In this document: positions 34,103 to 44,649 of the stretch, in pieces | Numbering within the stretch: the first letter of the stretch is position 1 | Layout of the letters: every line of letters starts with the position of its first letter | Assembly (NCBI GenBank): GCA_023259635.1 | Contig: JALRGX010000095.1 | Location: forward strand, 1 to 61,157 | DNA: 61,157 nucleotides | Source: Methylotenera sp. | Lineage (GTDB): Bacteria > Pseudomonadota > Gammaproteobacteria > Burkholderiales > Methylophilaceae | Direction: 5' to 3' | Program-made: the position numbers and the translations under genes | The notes under the pieces: model-generated | What the model saw: only the letters and a program-made list of their open reading frames with translations | Databases searched by the model: none | Told to the model about the DNA's origin: nothing

Positions 34103-35413
34103 ATGGTTCCTCACCTGACAACGGCACTGAACGGCCCGCTGCTGAGTTTAGAAAAAAACATGCTCGATGCCATGCCAAAAATCGAACACTGGTTCCGCTC
34201 GCAATGGCTGGAACATGCCGCACCATTTTATGCTTCGGTCGATTTACGCAATGCAGGCTTTAAGCTGGCACCAGTCGACACCAACCTGTTCCCGGCCGGC
34301 TTTAACAACCTCAATCCGGAATTCCTGCACCTGTGCGTACAAGCCGCAATGGTAGCTGTTGAAAAGGTCTGCCCGGAGGCACATCGCCTGCTGATCATCC
34401 CGGAAAACCATACCCGTAACACCTATTACCTGCAAAATGTGCTTGAATTAGCCAATATCCTGAAACAGGCAGGCATGCACATCAGAGTCGGCAGCATTTC
34501 ACCTGAAATTACCGTGCCCACCAGGCTCGAAACCCAGGGCTGCCAGACATTGCTGCTGGAACCTGTAGTGCGCGTTGGCAACCGCATCAAACTACCACAA
34601 TCCACTATTGATGGCGAAACACTGGAAGAATTTGATAGCTGTGCCATTTTACTGAATAACGACCTGTCCGCCGGCATTCCGGAAATACTCAAAAACCTTG
34701 AGCAGGATTTAATCCCGCCACTCTATGCGGGCTGGAGTACACGCCGAAAATCCCAGCATTTTTCGGCCTATAACCGCGTGACGACGGAATTTGCACAGCT
34801 CATCGGCATAGACGAATGGCTGATTAATCCGTATTTCGATACCTGCGGCGAGATTGATTTCAATGCGCGCACCGGTGAAGAATGCCTTGCCGGCAAAGTG
34901 GAACAACTACTGGAAAAAATAAAACTGAAATATGCCGAATACGGCGTAACACAGGAGCCATTTGTAATTGTTAAAGCCGATGCCGGCACCTATGGCATGG
35001 GCATCATGACAGTAAAATCACCAGATGAGGTGCGTGGCCTCAACCGCAAAACCCGCAACAAAATGGCTGTAGTGAAAGAAGGCCTGCAGGTCTCTGAAGT
35101 CATTATCCAGGAAGGCGTATATACCTTTGAAAGTATTAATGAAGCAGTAGCCGAACCTGTCGTGTACATGATAGATCACTATGTAATCGGTGGCTTTTAC
35201 CGTGTGCATACAGGCCGCGGCGTGGATGAAAACCTGAATGCACCGGGCTCACATTTTGTGCCACTGGCTTTTGAAAAACCCTGCACCCTGCCGGATCGTG
35301 CCGGTGCGCCGGATGCAGCGCCTAACCGCTTCTATGCCTATGGTGTGGTAGCACGCCTGGCATTGCTGGCGGCGGCGATTGAGCTGCAAGAACTGAACCC
35401 GCTCAATTATTAA
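34103..35413 (+). CDS. gshA: Glutamate-cysteine ligase, betaproteobacterial type
   Basis: MVPHLTTAL, SVDLRNAGFKLAPVDTNLFP, KADAGTYGMG; upstream of gshB. Confidence 0.93.
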   Translation: MVPHLTTALNGPLLSLEKNMLDAMPKIEHWFRSQWLEHAAPFYASVDLRNAGFKLAPVDTNLFPAGFNNLNPEFLHLCVQAAMVAVEKVCPEAHRLLIIPENHTRNTYYLQNVLELANILKQAGMHIRVGSISPEITVPTRLETQGCQTLLLEPVVRVGNRIKLPQSTIDGETLEEFDSCAILLNNDLSAGIPEILKNLEQDLIPPLYAGWSTRRKSQHFSAYNRVTTEFAQLIGIDEWLINPYFDTCGEIDFNARTGEECLAGKVEQLLEKIKLKYAEYGVTQEPFVIVKADAGTYGMGIMTVKSPDEVRGLNRKTRNKMAVVKEGLQVSEVIIQEGVYTFESINEAVAEPVVYMIDHYVIGGFYRVHTGRGVDENLNAPGSHFVPLAFEKPCTLPDRAGAPDAAPNRFYAYGVVARLALLAAAIELQELNPLNY

Positions 35414-35427
35414 ACTCTCTCACACTT

Positions 35428-36363
35428 ATGAAACTCGTATTTATTCTAGATCCACTGGCCAGCCTCAAAATCTACAAAGATACGAGCATGGCTATCATGC
35501 GTGAAGCCAGCCAACATGGCCATCAACTTTTTGTCAGCATGCAGCATGATCTTTTCCTGCGCGGTAGTCAGGCCAGAATCAGAACACAGCCGTTTAAGTT
35601 TACTGCTGATGGCTTTGAATCGTGCGTGGCCAGTGAAGGTAATCCGGAGGATTTTGATGCCATTATCATGCGCAAGGATCCGCCATTTGATAACGAATAC
35701 CTGTACAGCACCTACCTGCTCGAAATCGCCGTAAATCAGGGTGCCAAAGTGTTTAATGATCCGGCGGCAATTCGTGGCTGGAATGAAAAATTATCAGTGA
35801 CACGTTTCGCACAGTTTGCACCGGAATTTCTGGTCACGGCCAATAATGTACTTATCCGCGAATTTTTAAACACGCATCAGGATATTGTAGTAAAACCGCT
35901 GGATGGCATGGGTGGCAGCAGTATTTTCAGGCTGAAACTTAACGACCCGAATATCAGTGTGATTCTGGAAACCATTACCCAGCATGGCAGCCGCACGATC
36001 ATGGCACAACGCTATTTACCGGAAATCCTGCAGGGGGATAAACGGATTATAGTGATCAATGGCGAACCCTTGCCCTATGCCTTGGCGCGCATACCGCTCA
36101 CGGGTGAGACACGCGGCAATCTGGCAGCAGGCGGCACCGGTTTTGCCCAGCCACTTAGTACACGTGACTATGAAATCGCCAGCACCGTAGGCAAAACCCT
36201 GAAACAGGAAGGACTGTTCCTGGTGGGTCTGGATGTTATTGGTGGTCATTTAACTGAAATTAACGTCACCAGTCCTACGGGGATGGTGGAGATCGCTGCA
36301 CAAACCGACTGCAATCCGGCAAGTATGATGCTTGATGCGTTAGCACAACATCTCGCACAGTAA
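35428..36363 (+). CDS. gshB: Glutathione synthetase
   Basis: MRKDPPF, NEKL, KPLDGMGG, RGNLAAGG, EINVTSPTG. Confidence 0.96.
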   Translation: MKLVFILDPLASLKIYKDTSMAIMREASQHGHQLFVSMQHDLFLRGSQARIRTQPFKFTADGFESCVASEGNPEDFDAIIMRKDPPFDNEYLYSTYLLEIAVNQGAKVFNDPAAIRGWNEKLSVTRFAQFAPEFLVTANNVLIREFLNTHQDIVVKPLDGMGGSSIFRLKLNDPNISVILETITQHGSRTIMAQRYLPEILQGDKRIIVINGEPLPYALARIPLTGETRGNLAAGGTGFAQPLSTRDYEIASTVGKTLKQEGLFLVGLDVIGGHLTEINVTSPTGMVEIAAQTDCNPASMMLDALAQHLAQ

Positions 36364-37469
36364 TGGCGATATCGATGCACAAATGGCCTCTCCGCCTCCT
36401 GGTGATTATTGCCATCATTGTGGTTGGTGTCTTTGGCATGCGCACACTCAAGCAAGAGCCGCTTTACCACAGCCAGAGTTATGTATTCGGCACACTGGTC
36501 GACATCAGCATCTATGGTGAGACTGAAGACCGTGCAAAATTCTTTGCCAATAAGATACTGCAGGACTTTCAGAACCTGCACAACCAGCTACATGCCTGGA
36601 AGCCGGCCAGCAACAATCAACCCAGCGAACTGGGCGTACTCAATGCAGCATTTGCAAATGGCAAGAAACCTATAGAAATCAGCCCGCAACTGGCTAACAT
36701 GCTGACCGATGCAACTGCTTTATCGGTCAGATCACAAGGCTTATTCAATCCTGCTATTGGCCACTTAATCGGCACCTGGGGCTTCCAGCGCGATGAATTT
36801 AGTGCCATAAACATTGATGACACTAAGATAAAAGCACTGGTCAAAGCCAACCCGCGCATGACCGACATCGTTATTAAAGACAATACCGCCTACAGTAATA
36901 ATCCTGAAGTAAAGCTTGATTTAGGTGGCTACGCCAAAGGCTACGCCCTGGATATTGCAGCGACCTATTTACGTGAGCAAAAAGTTAAAAATGCACTGAT
37001 TAATATAGGTGGCAATATCATTGCCATCGGCAAGCATGGCGATATGCCATGGCGAGTCGGTATACAGCATCCGCGCAAACCGGCTGCCATTGCTACACTG
37101 GATTTGGCGGATGGCTGGGCAATCGGTACTTCTGGTGATTATCAACGTTACTTCATGCTGGATAGCAAACGCTACTGCCATATCATAGACCCGCGTGACG
37201 GTTACCCGGTACAGCATACCCAGGCAGTCACAGTGCTGATCCCTCCACAGAAAAATGCCGGCGTACTGTCTGATGTTGCATCTAAACCTATTTTCATTGC
37301 CGCAGCTCAAGATAAAGCAAAAACCGCTGCCATGCTGGGTATACAATATTTCATGATGATTGATGCACATTCCAACATATTCGTGAGTAAAGCACTTATG
37401 GATAAACTCGACTGGTTAGACCCGGAAGTGAAAAATAACAGTCATGTTAAGCTTGTTACACTCCCCTAA
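36363..37469 (+). CDS. apbE: FAD:protein FMN transferase
   Basis: DLGGYAKGY, GTSGDYQRY, HIIDPR. Confidence 0.93.
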   Translation: MAISMHKWPLRLLVIIAIIVVGVFGMRTLKQEPLYHSQSYVFGTLVDISIYGETEDRAKFFANKILQDFQNLHNQLHAWKPASNNQPSELGVLNAAFANGKKPIEISPQLANMLTDATALSVRSQGLFNPAIGHLIGTWGFQRDEFSAINIDDTKIKALVKANPRMTDIVIKDNTAYSNNPEVKLDLGGYAKGYALDIAATYLREQKVKNALINIGGNIIAIGKHGDMPWRVGIQHPRKPAAIATLDLADGWAIGTSGDYQRYFMLDSKRYCHIIDPRDGYPVQHTQAVTVLIPPQKNAGVLSDVASKPIFIAAAQDKAKTAAMLGIQYFMMIDAHSNIFVSKALMDKLDWLDPEVKNNSHVKLVTLP

Positions 37470-37842
37470 ACCCACATTCAGGCATCTGCTGATCGGTGAC
37501 TGGTTCACGATTATTTCCTGCGCCATTATTATCGTTTTCCTGTTCCAGACACTATGGTCGCATGAACATGCCGCTAAGGTGCAAATCCGTATCGGCGACA
37601 AGATCTATGCTGCCTACGATCTTAACCAGCAGCGCGACATCATTCTTCACGGCCCCATCGGCGATGCCGTCATTCATATTGAGCAGGGAAAAGTTCGCTT
37701 TGTTAAATCACCGTGTCATAATCAGTACTGCGTACATCAAGGCTGGCTGGTACACAGCGGGCAGGTAGCGATTTGCCTGCCTAATCAGATCAGCTTGGAA
37801 CTGATAGGTAAGCAGAAACCTTATGATTCTCTTAATTACTAA
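37444..37842 (+). CDS. NusG domain II-containing membrane-anchored protein
   Basis: N-terminal TM helix, SPC..Q.CV.QGW and ICLPN motifs. Confidence 0.85.
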   Translation: MLSLLHSPKPTFRHLLIGDWFTIISCAIIIVFLFQTLWSHEHAAKVQIRIGDKIYAAYDLNQQRDIILHGPIGDAVIHIEQGKVRFVKSPCHNQYCVHQGWLVHSGQVAICLPNQISLELIGKQKPYDSLNY

Positions 37843-37861
37843 AGTAGTGCTTTAATCGCAC

Positions 37862-38401
37862 ATGCAGATTCAAACCAATATTGACGATCACCGCATAGCA
37901 AAACTGGCAGCTTTTGCCATTGCACTGCATATGGTAGAAGCGGTTGTGCCATCGCCGTTACCTGGCGTTAAACCCGGTATCGCCAACATTGTTACATTAT
38001 ATGTGCTGCTGCAATATGACTTTGCTACCGCGGCCTGGGTCAGTATATTACGCGTATTTGCCAGCAGCCTGCTCATGGGACTGTTCATGTCGCCAACGTT
38101 TGCACTCAGCCTCAGCGGAGCGCTCGTTAGCTTAAGCGTACTTTGGGTAGCGCAGTATCTGCCAAAACGGTATTTCAGCGTTATTACTTTAAGCATCCTG
38201 GCCGCGTTTGCCCACATTGCAGGGCAGCTTATCATGGTACGTTTATGGCTTATCCCGCATGCCAGCGTTGCCTACCTGATACCAATCTTTTCTGTAGCTG
38301 CGCTATTCTTCGGGCTAATCAATGGGCTGATCACTGCAAGACTTCTTTACAACAAGGCACAGAAGCCAGAGCCGGATATTACAGAACCCAAGCCAGGCTA
38401 G
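37862..38401 (+). CDS. Gx transporter family (heptaprenyl diphosphate synthase component I-like) membrane protein
   Basis: E..VPSPLPGVKPGIANI, SLSG, AHIAGQL. Confidence 0.87.
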   Translation: MQIQTNIDDHRIAKLAAFAIALHMVEAVVPSPLPGVKPGIANIVTLYVLLQYDFATAAWVSILRVFASSLLMGLFMSPTFALSLSGALVSLSVLWVAQYLPKRYFSVITLSILAAFAHIAGQLIMVRLWLIPHASVAYLIPIFSVAALFFGLINGLITARLLYNKAQKPEPDITEPKPG

Positions 38402-38402
38402 C

Positions 38403-39506
38403 ATGCAACTACAACCTACCCTTTTAAAAATGCCTAACAAGCTTAAATTGCAGTTAATGCGGCACAAGGTGCTGTTGCTTGCGATACTTTGCTCCATACT
38501 TTTACACATGCTGTTTTTAAGCGGCTTCAGCATTAATTTGCCGCAATTAGCCGGAAATGAACAAATACTGGAAATGCGGCTGGTTAAACTACAATCTAAG
38601 CCTATTCCCAAACCTGCCCCCGTCATAAAGAAAAATTCAATTCCCAGGCAAAAACTGCTCAAACGCGATTCCACAACCATACCGGCTCCGTCGAATGAGA
38701 TCGTACCTTCAAGTGCTCCAGTAAACCTTACTGAAAATGCACGATCTGCCACTCATACGGATACCATGCAAGCTGTACCTGAAGAAACGCCAGCAACAGA
38801 GATGGAAAGCCTTGATGAAACACCGGAATACATTTTCCCTGAAGAAGCACCTAAAGCGGCTGCCTATACGCATGTAGAAACAGAGTTTGAGGTCATGCGC
38901 GGTATTAACACCCCTGCTGCAGGTATTACAAAAATTGTTTTTAATATTGATGCAAATGGTCGGTATTCGATTACCAGCAGCACACAGGCCAAAGGACTGG
39001 CATCACTCTTTTTTGGCGATCTAGTACAAAAAAGTGAAGGCACCGTCACCGAAAATGGCTTGAAACCAGACTTTTATTCTTACCAATACGGTAATGACGC
39101 AAAAAAATCACAAACTGCCAGCTTCGACTGGACGACTAATGTTTTGCATATGCACACTGTGAAAGGTGACAGCACAGCAAATCTCGTTGCCGGCACACAA
39201 GACTACTTGAGCTTTATGTATCAGTTCATGTTCACGCCACCGCTAAGCGGTATGCAATTCACCATGACCAATGGCAAGCGATTACGTACCTACACCTTTA
39301 GCTTTGAAGGTGAAGAAGTTATTGTTACGAAACTGGGAGATATAAAAACCCTGCACTTGCTGAAAAGCGGTAATGATGAAGAAAAAACAGAAATATGGCT
39401 TGCCAGTGACTATCAGCACTTACCGGTTAAAATCCGCAAAACAGAAAAAGACGGTACGGTGATTGAACAAGTCACAGCCAATATCCACACTAAGACTCCA
39501 AATTAA
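38403..39506 (+). CDS. DUF3108 domain protein with N-terminal TM and Pro-rich linker
   Basis: SILLH anchor, GTQD.LS..YQ, EIWLA.DY..LPVKIR. Confidence 0.8.
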   Translation: MQLQPTLLKMPNKLKLQLMRHKVLLLAILCSILLHMLFLSGFSINLPQLAGNEQILEMRLVKLQSKPIPKPAPVIKKNSIPRQKLLKRDSTTIPAPSNEIVPSSAPVNLTENARSATHTDTMQAVPEETPATEMESLDETPEYIFPEEAPKAAAYTHVETEFEVMRGINTPAAGITKIVFNIDANGRYSITSSTQAKGLASLFFGDLVQKSEGTVTENGLKPDFYSYQYGNDAKKSQTASFDWTTNVLHMHTVKGDSTANLVAGTQDYLSFMYQFMFTPPLSGMQFTMTNGKRLRTYTFSFEGEEVIVTKLGDIKTLHLLKSGNDEEKTEIWLASDYQHLPVKIRKTEKDGTVIEQVTANIHTKTPN

Positions 39507-39540
39507 ATAACCTGACGTGAATGAGCTAGCCGTATAAAAA

Positions 39541-39575
39541 AAGAGGATGTTTTTTCAATGTAAAAGCATCCTCTT
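39541..39575. terminator. Probable bidirectional terminator between the convergent DUF3108 and pilY1 genes
   Basis: aagaggatg...catcctctt inverted repeat preceded by an A-run. Confidence 0.55.
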
Positions 39576-39604
39576 ATCACGTCATATTCCTAATCTAGCT
39601 CTCG

Positions 39605-42600
39605 TTATTTATCACCCGAAGATTTCCAATACTTGATCTTGCGTTTTGAGCTAATTAAAGGCTTAACCTTCTGTGGGTCATACTGTGAGCTCGTTGCCGA
39701 CACGCCACTTCCTGTGCCAGATCCAGATCCTGTTCCCGCTTTATCCGGCGCAGCAATAACCACTGTAGTGATGACGCCATTAATTGGCACCGTAGCCATA
39801 ACAGGTGAAACCGGCAAGCCACCGCCCAAGAATATTGAAGATCGGTCACCACCACATGATCCGTCCACGCCTATAGCACCGGAACCATTGAATAAATTCA
39901 CCCAGTAGCCTCGAGCTTCACCTAATACAGTGCTACAACTACCATCAGTTGTCGGAACAGGTCGATTGGTACCAAAAGTAACCATGCCACTCACGATAAG
40001 CGCCGTACCAACTGCCTGCTCACCCCGGCCATTCTGGTTTAGGTTCATAAACCAGCCCTTCATACCCGAACTAGGCAATACTTTTTCTGAACTACATGTT
40101 GATGAAGATGTGTAATCAAACATTGAGCCGCTATCATCCAGATTATATGCAGCCGTATCACTGATATCATCCATAAACACGTAAAAGCGATTAACAACAT
40201 CTTGGTATGGATAGTCACTTATTAATGGATGTTCGCGATCACCTGAACCGAGTGCCAGATATACTTTACCGCCACTAGCCTGCAAAAGTGCAGGAGGGAA
40301 TAGAAATTTACGGCCACCTCCATTAGTATATGCAATTCTATTACTTGCCCATGAACCGCTACTTAGCACAGCTTTCGTAGCAGGATCAATAAAATTAATA
40401 CGATAAATATTGCCGCCCGTATCTACAGCGTAGGCAAAGTCCACGTAAGTGTCATTATCAACATCAATGAGTGAAATATCTGCCGCAACGCTACGCAAAG
40501 TATCAAACTTTGCCAACACTGCACCAGTCTCTCCATCCAATACATATATCCCTTTACCTTTGGCGCCGCTGCAGGCTGGGGTAGTAGTATTTTCATCTTC
40601 ACATTTATCATAGCCGCCACCTACAACCAATACTGGAGTAGATGTTGAATAACCTTTAATAAATGCAACATTGGGCGTTGACCAAGTCTGGCCGATTTCT
40701 GGATGGCCGCCAATACAGCCAGCATCATCATTCAGGTTCGGGCAGCCAATTTTCCACTTGATAGCAGGTGTGTTAGCGTCAGTTACATCCAATGCGTATA
40801 TCATTCTACCGCCACGTCGCATAGTAGGATAAATCGTCACACTGGAGCTATCGGCTTCCTGGTATAAGCCCACCGTACCATCCCAGAAATAATCTTTAGG
40901 TATTGGCGTCGGTATTAACGAAGTCGATACATTCGGATAACTGATCTTGGGTTGATTATCTTGTAACCTTTGCATACGCGCATTGAACTCATAAGGCAGA
41001 AACGCCCATTTTTCTTTACCGGTATTCGCATCTACAGCCCTGAACATACCGTCATTTGCACCATAATACACCACCACATTCCCATCACCGTAGTTAACCG
41101 GAAATGGCCGTGAATGCACCACATCTCCATGTATCGAGGCGCGTGTTTCCTTGTCACCGATAGCGTTTTCTTTAGCATAGCCCAACGCCAAGTCTGAGCC
41201 TACATCGTAGCCTAACACCCACTGTTTCAGGTTGGGTACAATAGTTGGCAATGTAGCAAGCGTTTCAAGACGTTCCATAGTTGTTGATGCCACACTTGAT
41301 GTAGCAAAAATGTTACGATTCACATCCCAAGTTGGAGAGATATCGGTAGCTGTGGGATTATTCCCCTTACGAATTACCTCAGCAACTGATCCAGCCTCAA
41401 CGCGCGGACCATCAGGCAGATCAGAATACTTGCCAACACCAATATTTGTACAGGCATTCAGGGTGCTTTCCGGGACCACATAATCCTTCCAGTATTCCCC
41501 GGAATCTGAAGTCCAGTAACTGGTAGCACAATCCTTAATAAAGCCGGTCTGCGTATTTACAGCCACATTCCCATTCAGATCACCTAGCTCGATATTACCC
41601 GCATCATCAATCAACTGGTAACGTTTAAGATTACCAAACCAGCGCGGTTTTGCTTGCGAATCCGGGCGGAACATGGCAATAAATACCTGATTCTCATTTT
41701 GTGTACGGTTAGTCGCGTTCACCGGCAAGCTGGCAGATGCAAATGTGGAGTTCACTGAAGTAATCTCGGCAAAAATTTCCTGCATTGCATTAAAAATTTT
41801 GGCCTCATCTGTTGCGCTATAATATTGACCGTTACCGAACTTGGCCATATTCCTCAACAAGGCTGACTGGTCTAGACTAGGTTGATTCTTATATACATCG
41901 ATTGTATAAGTATAAACATTCTGCTTTCCTGTAGTTTCATTGACATCGGTCTTATACAAGAAATCAGTAAATTCATCGGCAAAACGGTTTGCTGCATTTG
42001 CAGACGGTTCGGTGTATGTTGCGGTGACTGATGTACACTGCTGAACAATTCTCTGGTTACCAGTGCAGGAAGATTTAACACATTGATACAATGTTGTAGG
42101 AGAATCTCCAGGCTTTGCAGTATTACATGCATCAAGGTTAGTGTAGCATGAGCCTGTATCTGTCCATGTACCGGCACAGGAATAATTGGCAACAGGATAT
42201 TCTATAATCGTAGTGAGCGGATTCGCAGCATCATTCAGATACTTAAGGGCTTCACGCATATCTAAGTTTGAGTTCTCGCTAGCAGGGAACCCATTACCAA
42301 TAAAAATAATATAATTCTTGCCGCAGGTTGTCTGTGTTGGCGAGTTATATCTGAGCCCATTTGGGAATTCATCAGAAAAGTCATCATAAGCATTTCTATC
42401 TCGCTTAAGAGAACCATCCGGATTAATATCTACATTATTTGAACCCCAGTATCTTCTGCTGAAGATGCGAACACCGTTAAAATCAGGCGCTACTGCAGGC
42501 CTGCTATTTGCCGTAGCATGCGCCACATCGGTATACCCGCCAAAGTATTTGAAAGCATCAAACAGGGCTGCTGAATACTGCACTGAGGATGCAGCTGTTT

Positions 42601-43072
42601 CTGTATTAAAATTCAGGATGATTTTATCTAACTCGGCAATAAATGCAGCCTTATTTGTCGCGCTCATTTCCTTGATTGCTGAACGCATATAACCGCCATC
42701 GCGCGGCGCATTGGAATTATTGAACATCATCAAGCCAAGGTTAACCTTGCCATTGCCTGAAGCGTCAACCGGCAAAGAATTAACTACTTTGCGCAATGAC
42801 TTCAGTTCGTAATAACCCTGTTTATTGCAATCGTTACCACAAGCTACTGGAGGATTGGCATCTGTAGGCCAGCCCTGGTTCGCAGCCGACCAGTTCGAGC
42901 TATTATCAAGTATAACCAGCACATTGGGATTATCAGCACCGCCAGATGAGTCCCCTATAAAAATATCAATATCTTCTGCATAAGCAGGCAATATGGTACC
43001 AGCCGCAGCTAAACAGACAGATACGATAAAAAATAATGATCTAAAATATGTTTTCATAATGATTCCTGTCAC
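39605..43072 (-). CDS. pilY1: Type IV pilus tip adhesin PilY1/PilC
   Basis: Signal peptide, vWA-like ILDNSSN, W.GNLKRY, GDVVHSRP, GANDGM, GQTWSTP, Ca-binding loop DVDNDTYVD. Confidence 0.92.
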   Translation of the reverse strand: MTGIIMKTYFRSLFFIVSVCLAAAGTILPAYAEDIDIFIGDSSGGADNPNVLVILDNSSNWSAANQGWPTDANPPVACGNDCNKQGYYELKSLRKVVNSLPVDASGNGKVNLGLMMFNNSNAPRDGGYMRSAIKEMSATNKAAFIAELDKIILNFNTETAASSVQYSAALFDAFKYFGGYTDVAHATANSRPAVAPDFNGVRIFSRRYWGSNNVDINPDGSLKRDRNAYDDFSDEFPNGLRYNSPTQTTCGKNYIIFIGNGFPASENSNLDMREALKYLNDAANPLTTIIEYPVANYSCAGTWTDTGSCYTNLDACNTAKPGDSPTTLYQCVKSSCTGNQRIVQQCTSVTATYTEPSANAANRFADEFTDFLYKTDVNETTGKQNVYTYTIDVYKNQPSLDQSALLRNMAKFGNGQYYSATDEAKIFNAMQEIFAEITSVNSTFASASLPVNATNRTQNENQVFIAMFRPDSQAKPRWFGNLKRYQLIDDAGNIELGDLNGNVAVNTQTGFIKDCATSYWTSDSGEYWKDYVVPESTLNACTNIGVGKYSDLPDGPRVEAGSVAEVIRKGNNPTATDISPTWDVNRNIFATSSVASTTMERLETLATLPTIVPNLKQWVLGYDVGSDLALGYAKENAIGDKETRASIHGDVVHSRPFPVNYGDGNVVVYYGANDGMFRAVDANTGKEKWAFLPYEFNARMQRLQDNQPKISYPNVSTSLIPTPIPKDYFWDGTVGLYQEADSSSVTIYPTMRRGGRMIYALDVTDANTPAIKWKIGCPNLNDDAGCIGGHPEIGQTWSTPNVAFIKGYSTSTPVLVVGGGYDKCEDENTTTPACSGAKGKGIYVLDGETGAVLAKFDTLRSVAADISLIDVDNDTYVDFAYAVDTGGNIYRINFIDPATKAVLSSGSWASNRIAYTNGGGRKFLFPPALLQASGGKVYLALGSGDREHPLISDYPYQDVVNRFYVFMDDISDTAAYNLDDSGSMFDYTSSSTCSSEKVLPSSGMKGWFMNLNQNGRGEQAVGTALIVSGMVTFGTNRPVPTTDGSCSTVLGEARGYWVNLFNGSGAIGVDGSCGGDRSSIFLGGGLPVSPVMATVPINGVITTVVIAAPDKAGTGSGSGTGSGVSATSSQYDPQKVKPLISSKRKIKYWKSSGDK

Positions 43073-43639
43073 TTAGAGCGGACATGACGTTGCTATATTG
43101 TCTGTTGACACTCGTACACCTGCACCCTCCGTTACGGTAACCTCGGCCTCAGTTACATCATCGACCGCTGTAGCACTAAGCTCCCATATACTATCAGCGC
43201 AAATAGAATTGCCTGTAGCCACATTCTTTTGCCCAAACTGGTTTTGCGTAGGACTTACAGTGCAACCTTGATCCTCCTCACTCTCAAAATTCAAGGCACT
43301 GTTCAGCACTACTTTTGCCTGTGTACATTTCGGGGTCGCCAGTGTAACTGTCACATCAGTCTTGCCATCATTATTGACATCAACACATTTTGTATTGGCG
43401 GCACACCCATTCGGAACAGCATTTGCTGGAGTTTCAAAGAACTGGGTTTTACTTACGGTTTCCTCAATAGTTTCCTGCGCTGCAGCCATCGCTTCATTCC
43501 GCTGCTGCATATTACCCACCGTCTGTAAGTTGCTTTTACCCAGCAAGAAACTGCTCACACCTAACAATGTCATCAACACCAATATAATCAAACTAACCAG
43601 CAAAGTAGCACCTCGTTGCTGCGATGCATTTATTCTCAT
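43073..43639 (-). CDS. pilX: Minor pilin PilX
   Basis: QRG|ATLLVSL prepilin signal lacking Glu5. Confidence 0.88.
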   Translation of the reverse strand: MRINASQQRGATLLVSLIILVLMTLLGVSSFLLGKSNLQTVGNMQQRNEAMAAAQETIEETVSKTQFFETPANAVPNGCAANTKCVDVNNDGKTDVTVTLATPKCTQAKVVLNSALNFESEEDQGCTVSPTQNQFGQKNVATGNSICADSIWELSATAVDDVTEAEVTVTEGAGVRVSTDNIATSCPL

Positions 43640-44649
43640 GGCACCCTCCTGCCAGCTGGATTATTCAACCTCACCGTTGATTGGAAGGCATGGCGTTTAT
43701 AACTGTCGTTATAGCTAGTCGCATCATTTGATAACAAGGCATAACTCTTGCTATCCGTGTAACCTGTGGTTTCTTCTGTATTGCGCGCTAACAACCCAAT
43801 TTTCACAGAGACTACCGAGCGCCAATCATCTATGCTGGCAGGACTAGCTGTATATGAGTCCGGAGCGCCATCGGCGGTAGGGGTATCAAGCCCGTATTCG
43901 ATCTGCAGATCTTCGATCCCCTCTACCATCGGCACCACGCTAAACCCATCCTTACCTAATTCAGCACGCTTGAGTGTAGGAATACCATCACCGCTCTCAT
44001 TATTATTAGCGATAAAATAAATATGGGTCAGGTAACGGTGAAGAGCAGCAGTACTTGTACAGTTGCGCTTAGTAAGCGTTAAGCTGGCGGCATCGGCACT
44101 TAACTTGAAGTGATGGTCCGGATAAGTAAGGCTTTCGAGCTCGGCAGGATTACTGCACAGCGATGCCTGAAAGTATGGCGCACCTGCAATAACATCATCA
44201 CAACCTGCCGCCCCGGCCTCACATGTGCTTACACGACGCACCGCAATAATATCTGTGCCCGCTTTCAAATCATTAATACATCCCGGCGTTACTGCCCCAT
44301 TATCATAACCTTGCACATGCAGCATAAAGTTACTTTTTAGATCATCAACTGCCGTAGCACATACATCGGGCAATGCTGCCGGTGATGGCATCAGGCTTGG
44401 GGCAAACTCGGAAAAGTAGCCTGCCAACCTAAGATCATCGGTAAGCAGTTGTATAGCATAGCGGCCGTTCTCGATCTGCTGATTGGATTTTTCTATTTCA
44501 CTACGCGTACGTAAGTTTCCTACAAAAATCACAAAAAGTGCCGTAAGCACAATTAGCCCCAGCGCGACAGAAACCATAAGCTCAATAAGCGAGAAACCAC
44601 GGCTGCTATCAATTAGCTTCATATTTGCACCTAATATCATCAGACACAC
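43636..44649 (-). CDS. pilW: Minor pilin PilW (start probably at 44622)
   Basis: RG|FSLIELM, ENGRYA, DLRLAG, EGIEDLQIEYG. Confidence 0.9.
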   Translation of the reverse strand: MCLMILGANMKLIDSSRGFSLIELMVSVALGLIVLTALFVIFVGNLRTRSEIEKSNQQIENGRYAIQLLTDDLRLAGYFSEFAPSLMPSPAALPDVCATAVDDLKSNFMLHVQGYDNGAVTPGCINDLKAGTDIIAVRRVSTCEAGAAGCDDVIAGAPYFQASLCSNPAELESLTYPDHHFKLSADAASLTLTKRNCTSTAALHRYLTHIYFIANNNESGDGIPTLKRAELGKDGFSVVPMVEGIEDLQIEYGLDTPTADGAPDSYTASPASIDDWRSVVSVKIGLLARNTEETTGYTDSKSYALLSNDATSYNDSYKRHAFQSTVRLNNPAGRRVP

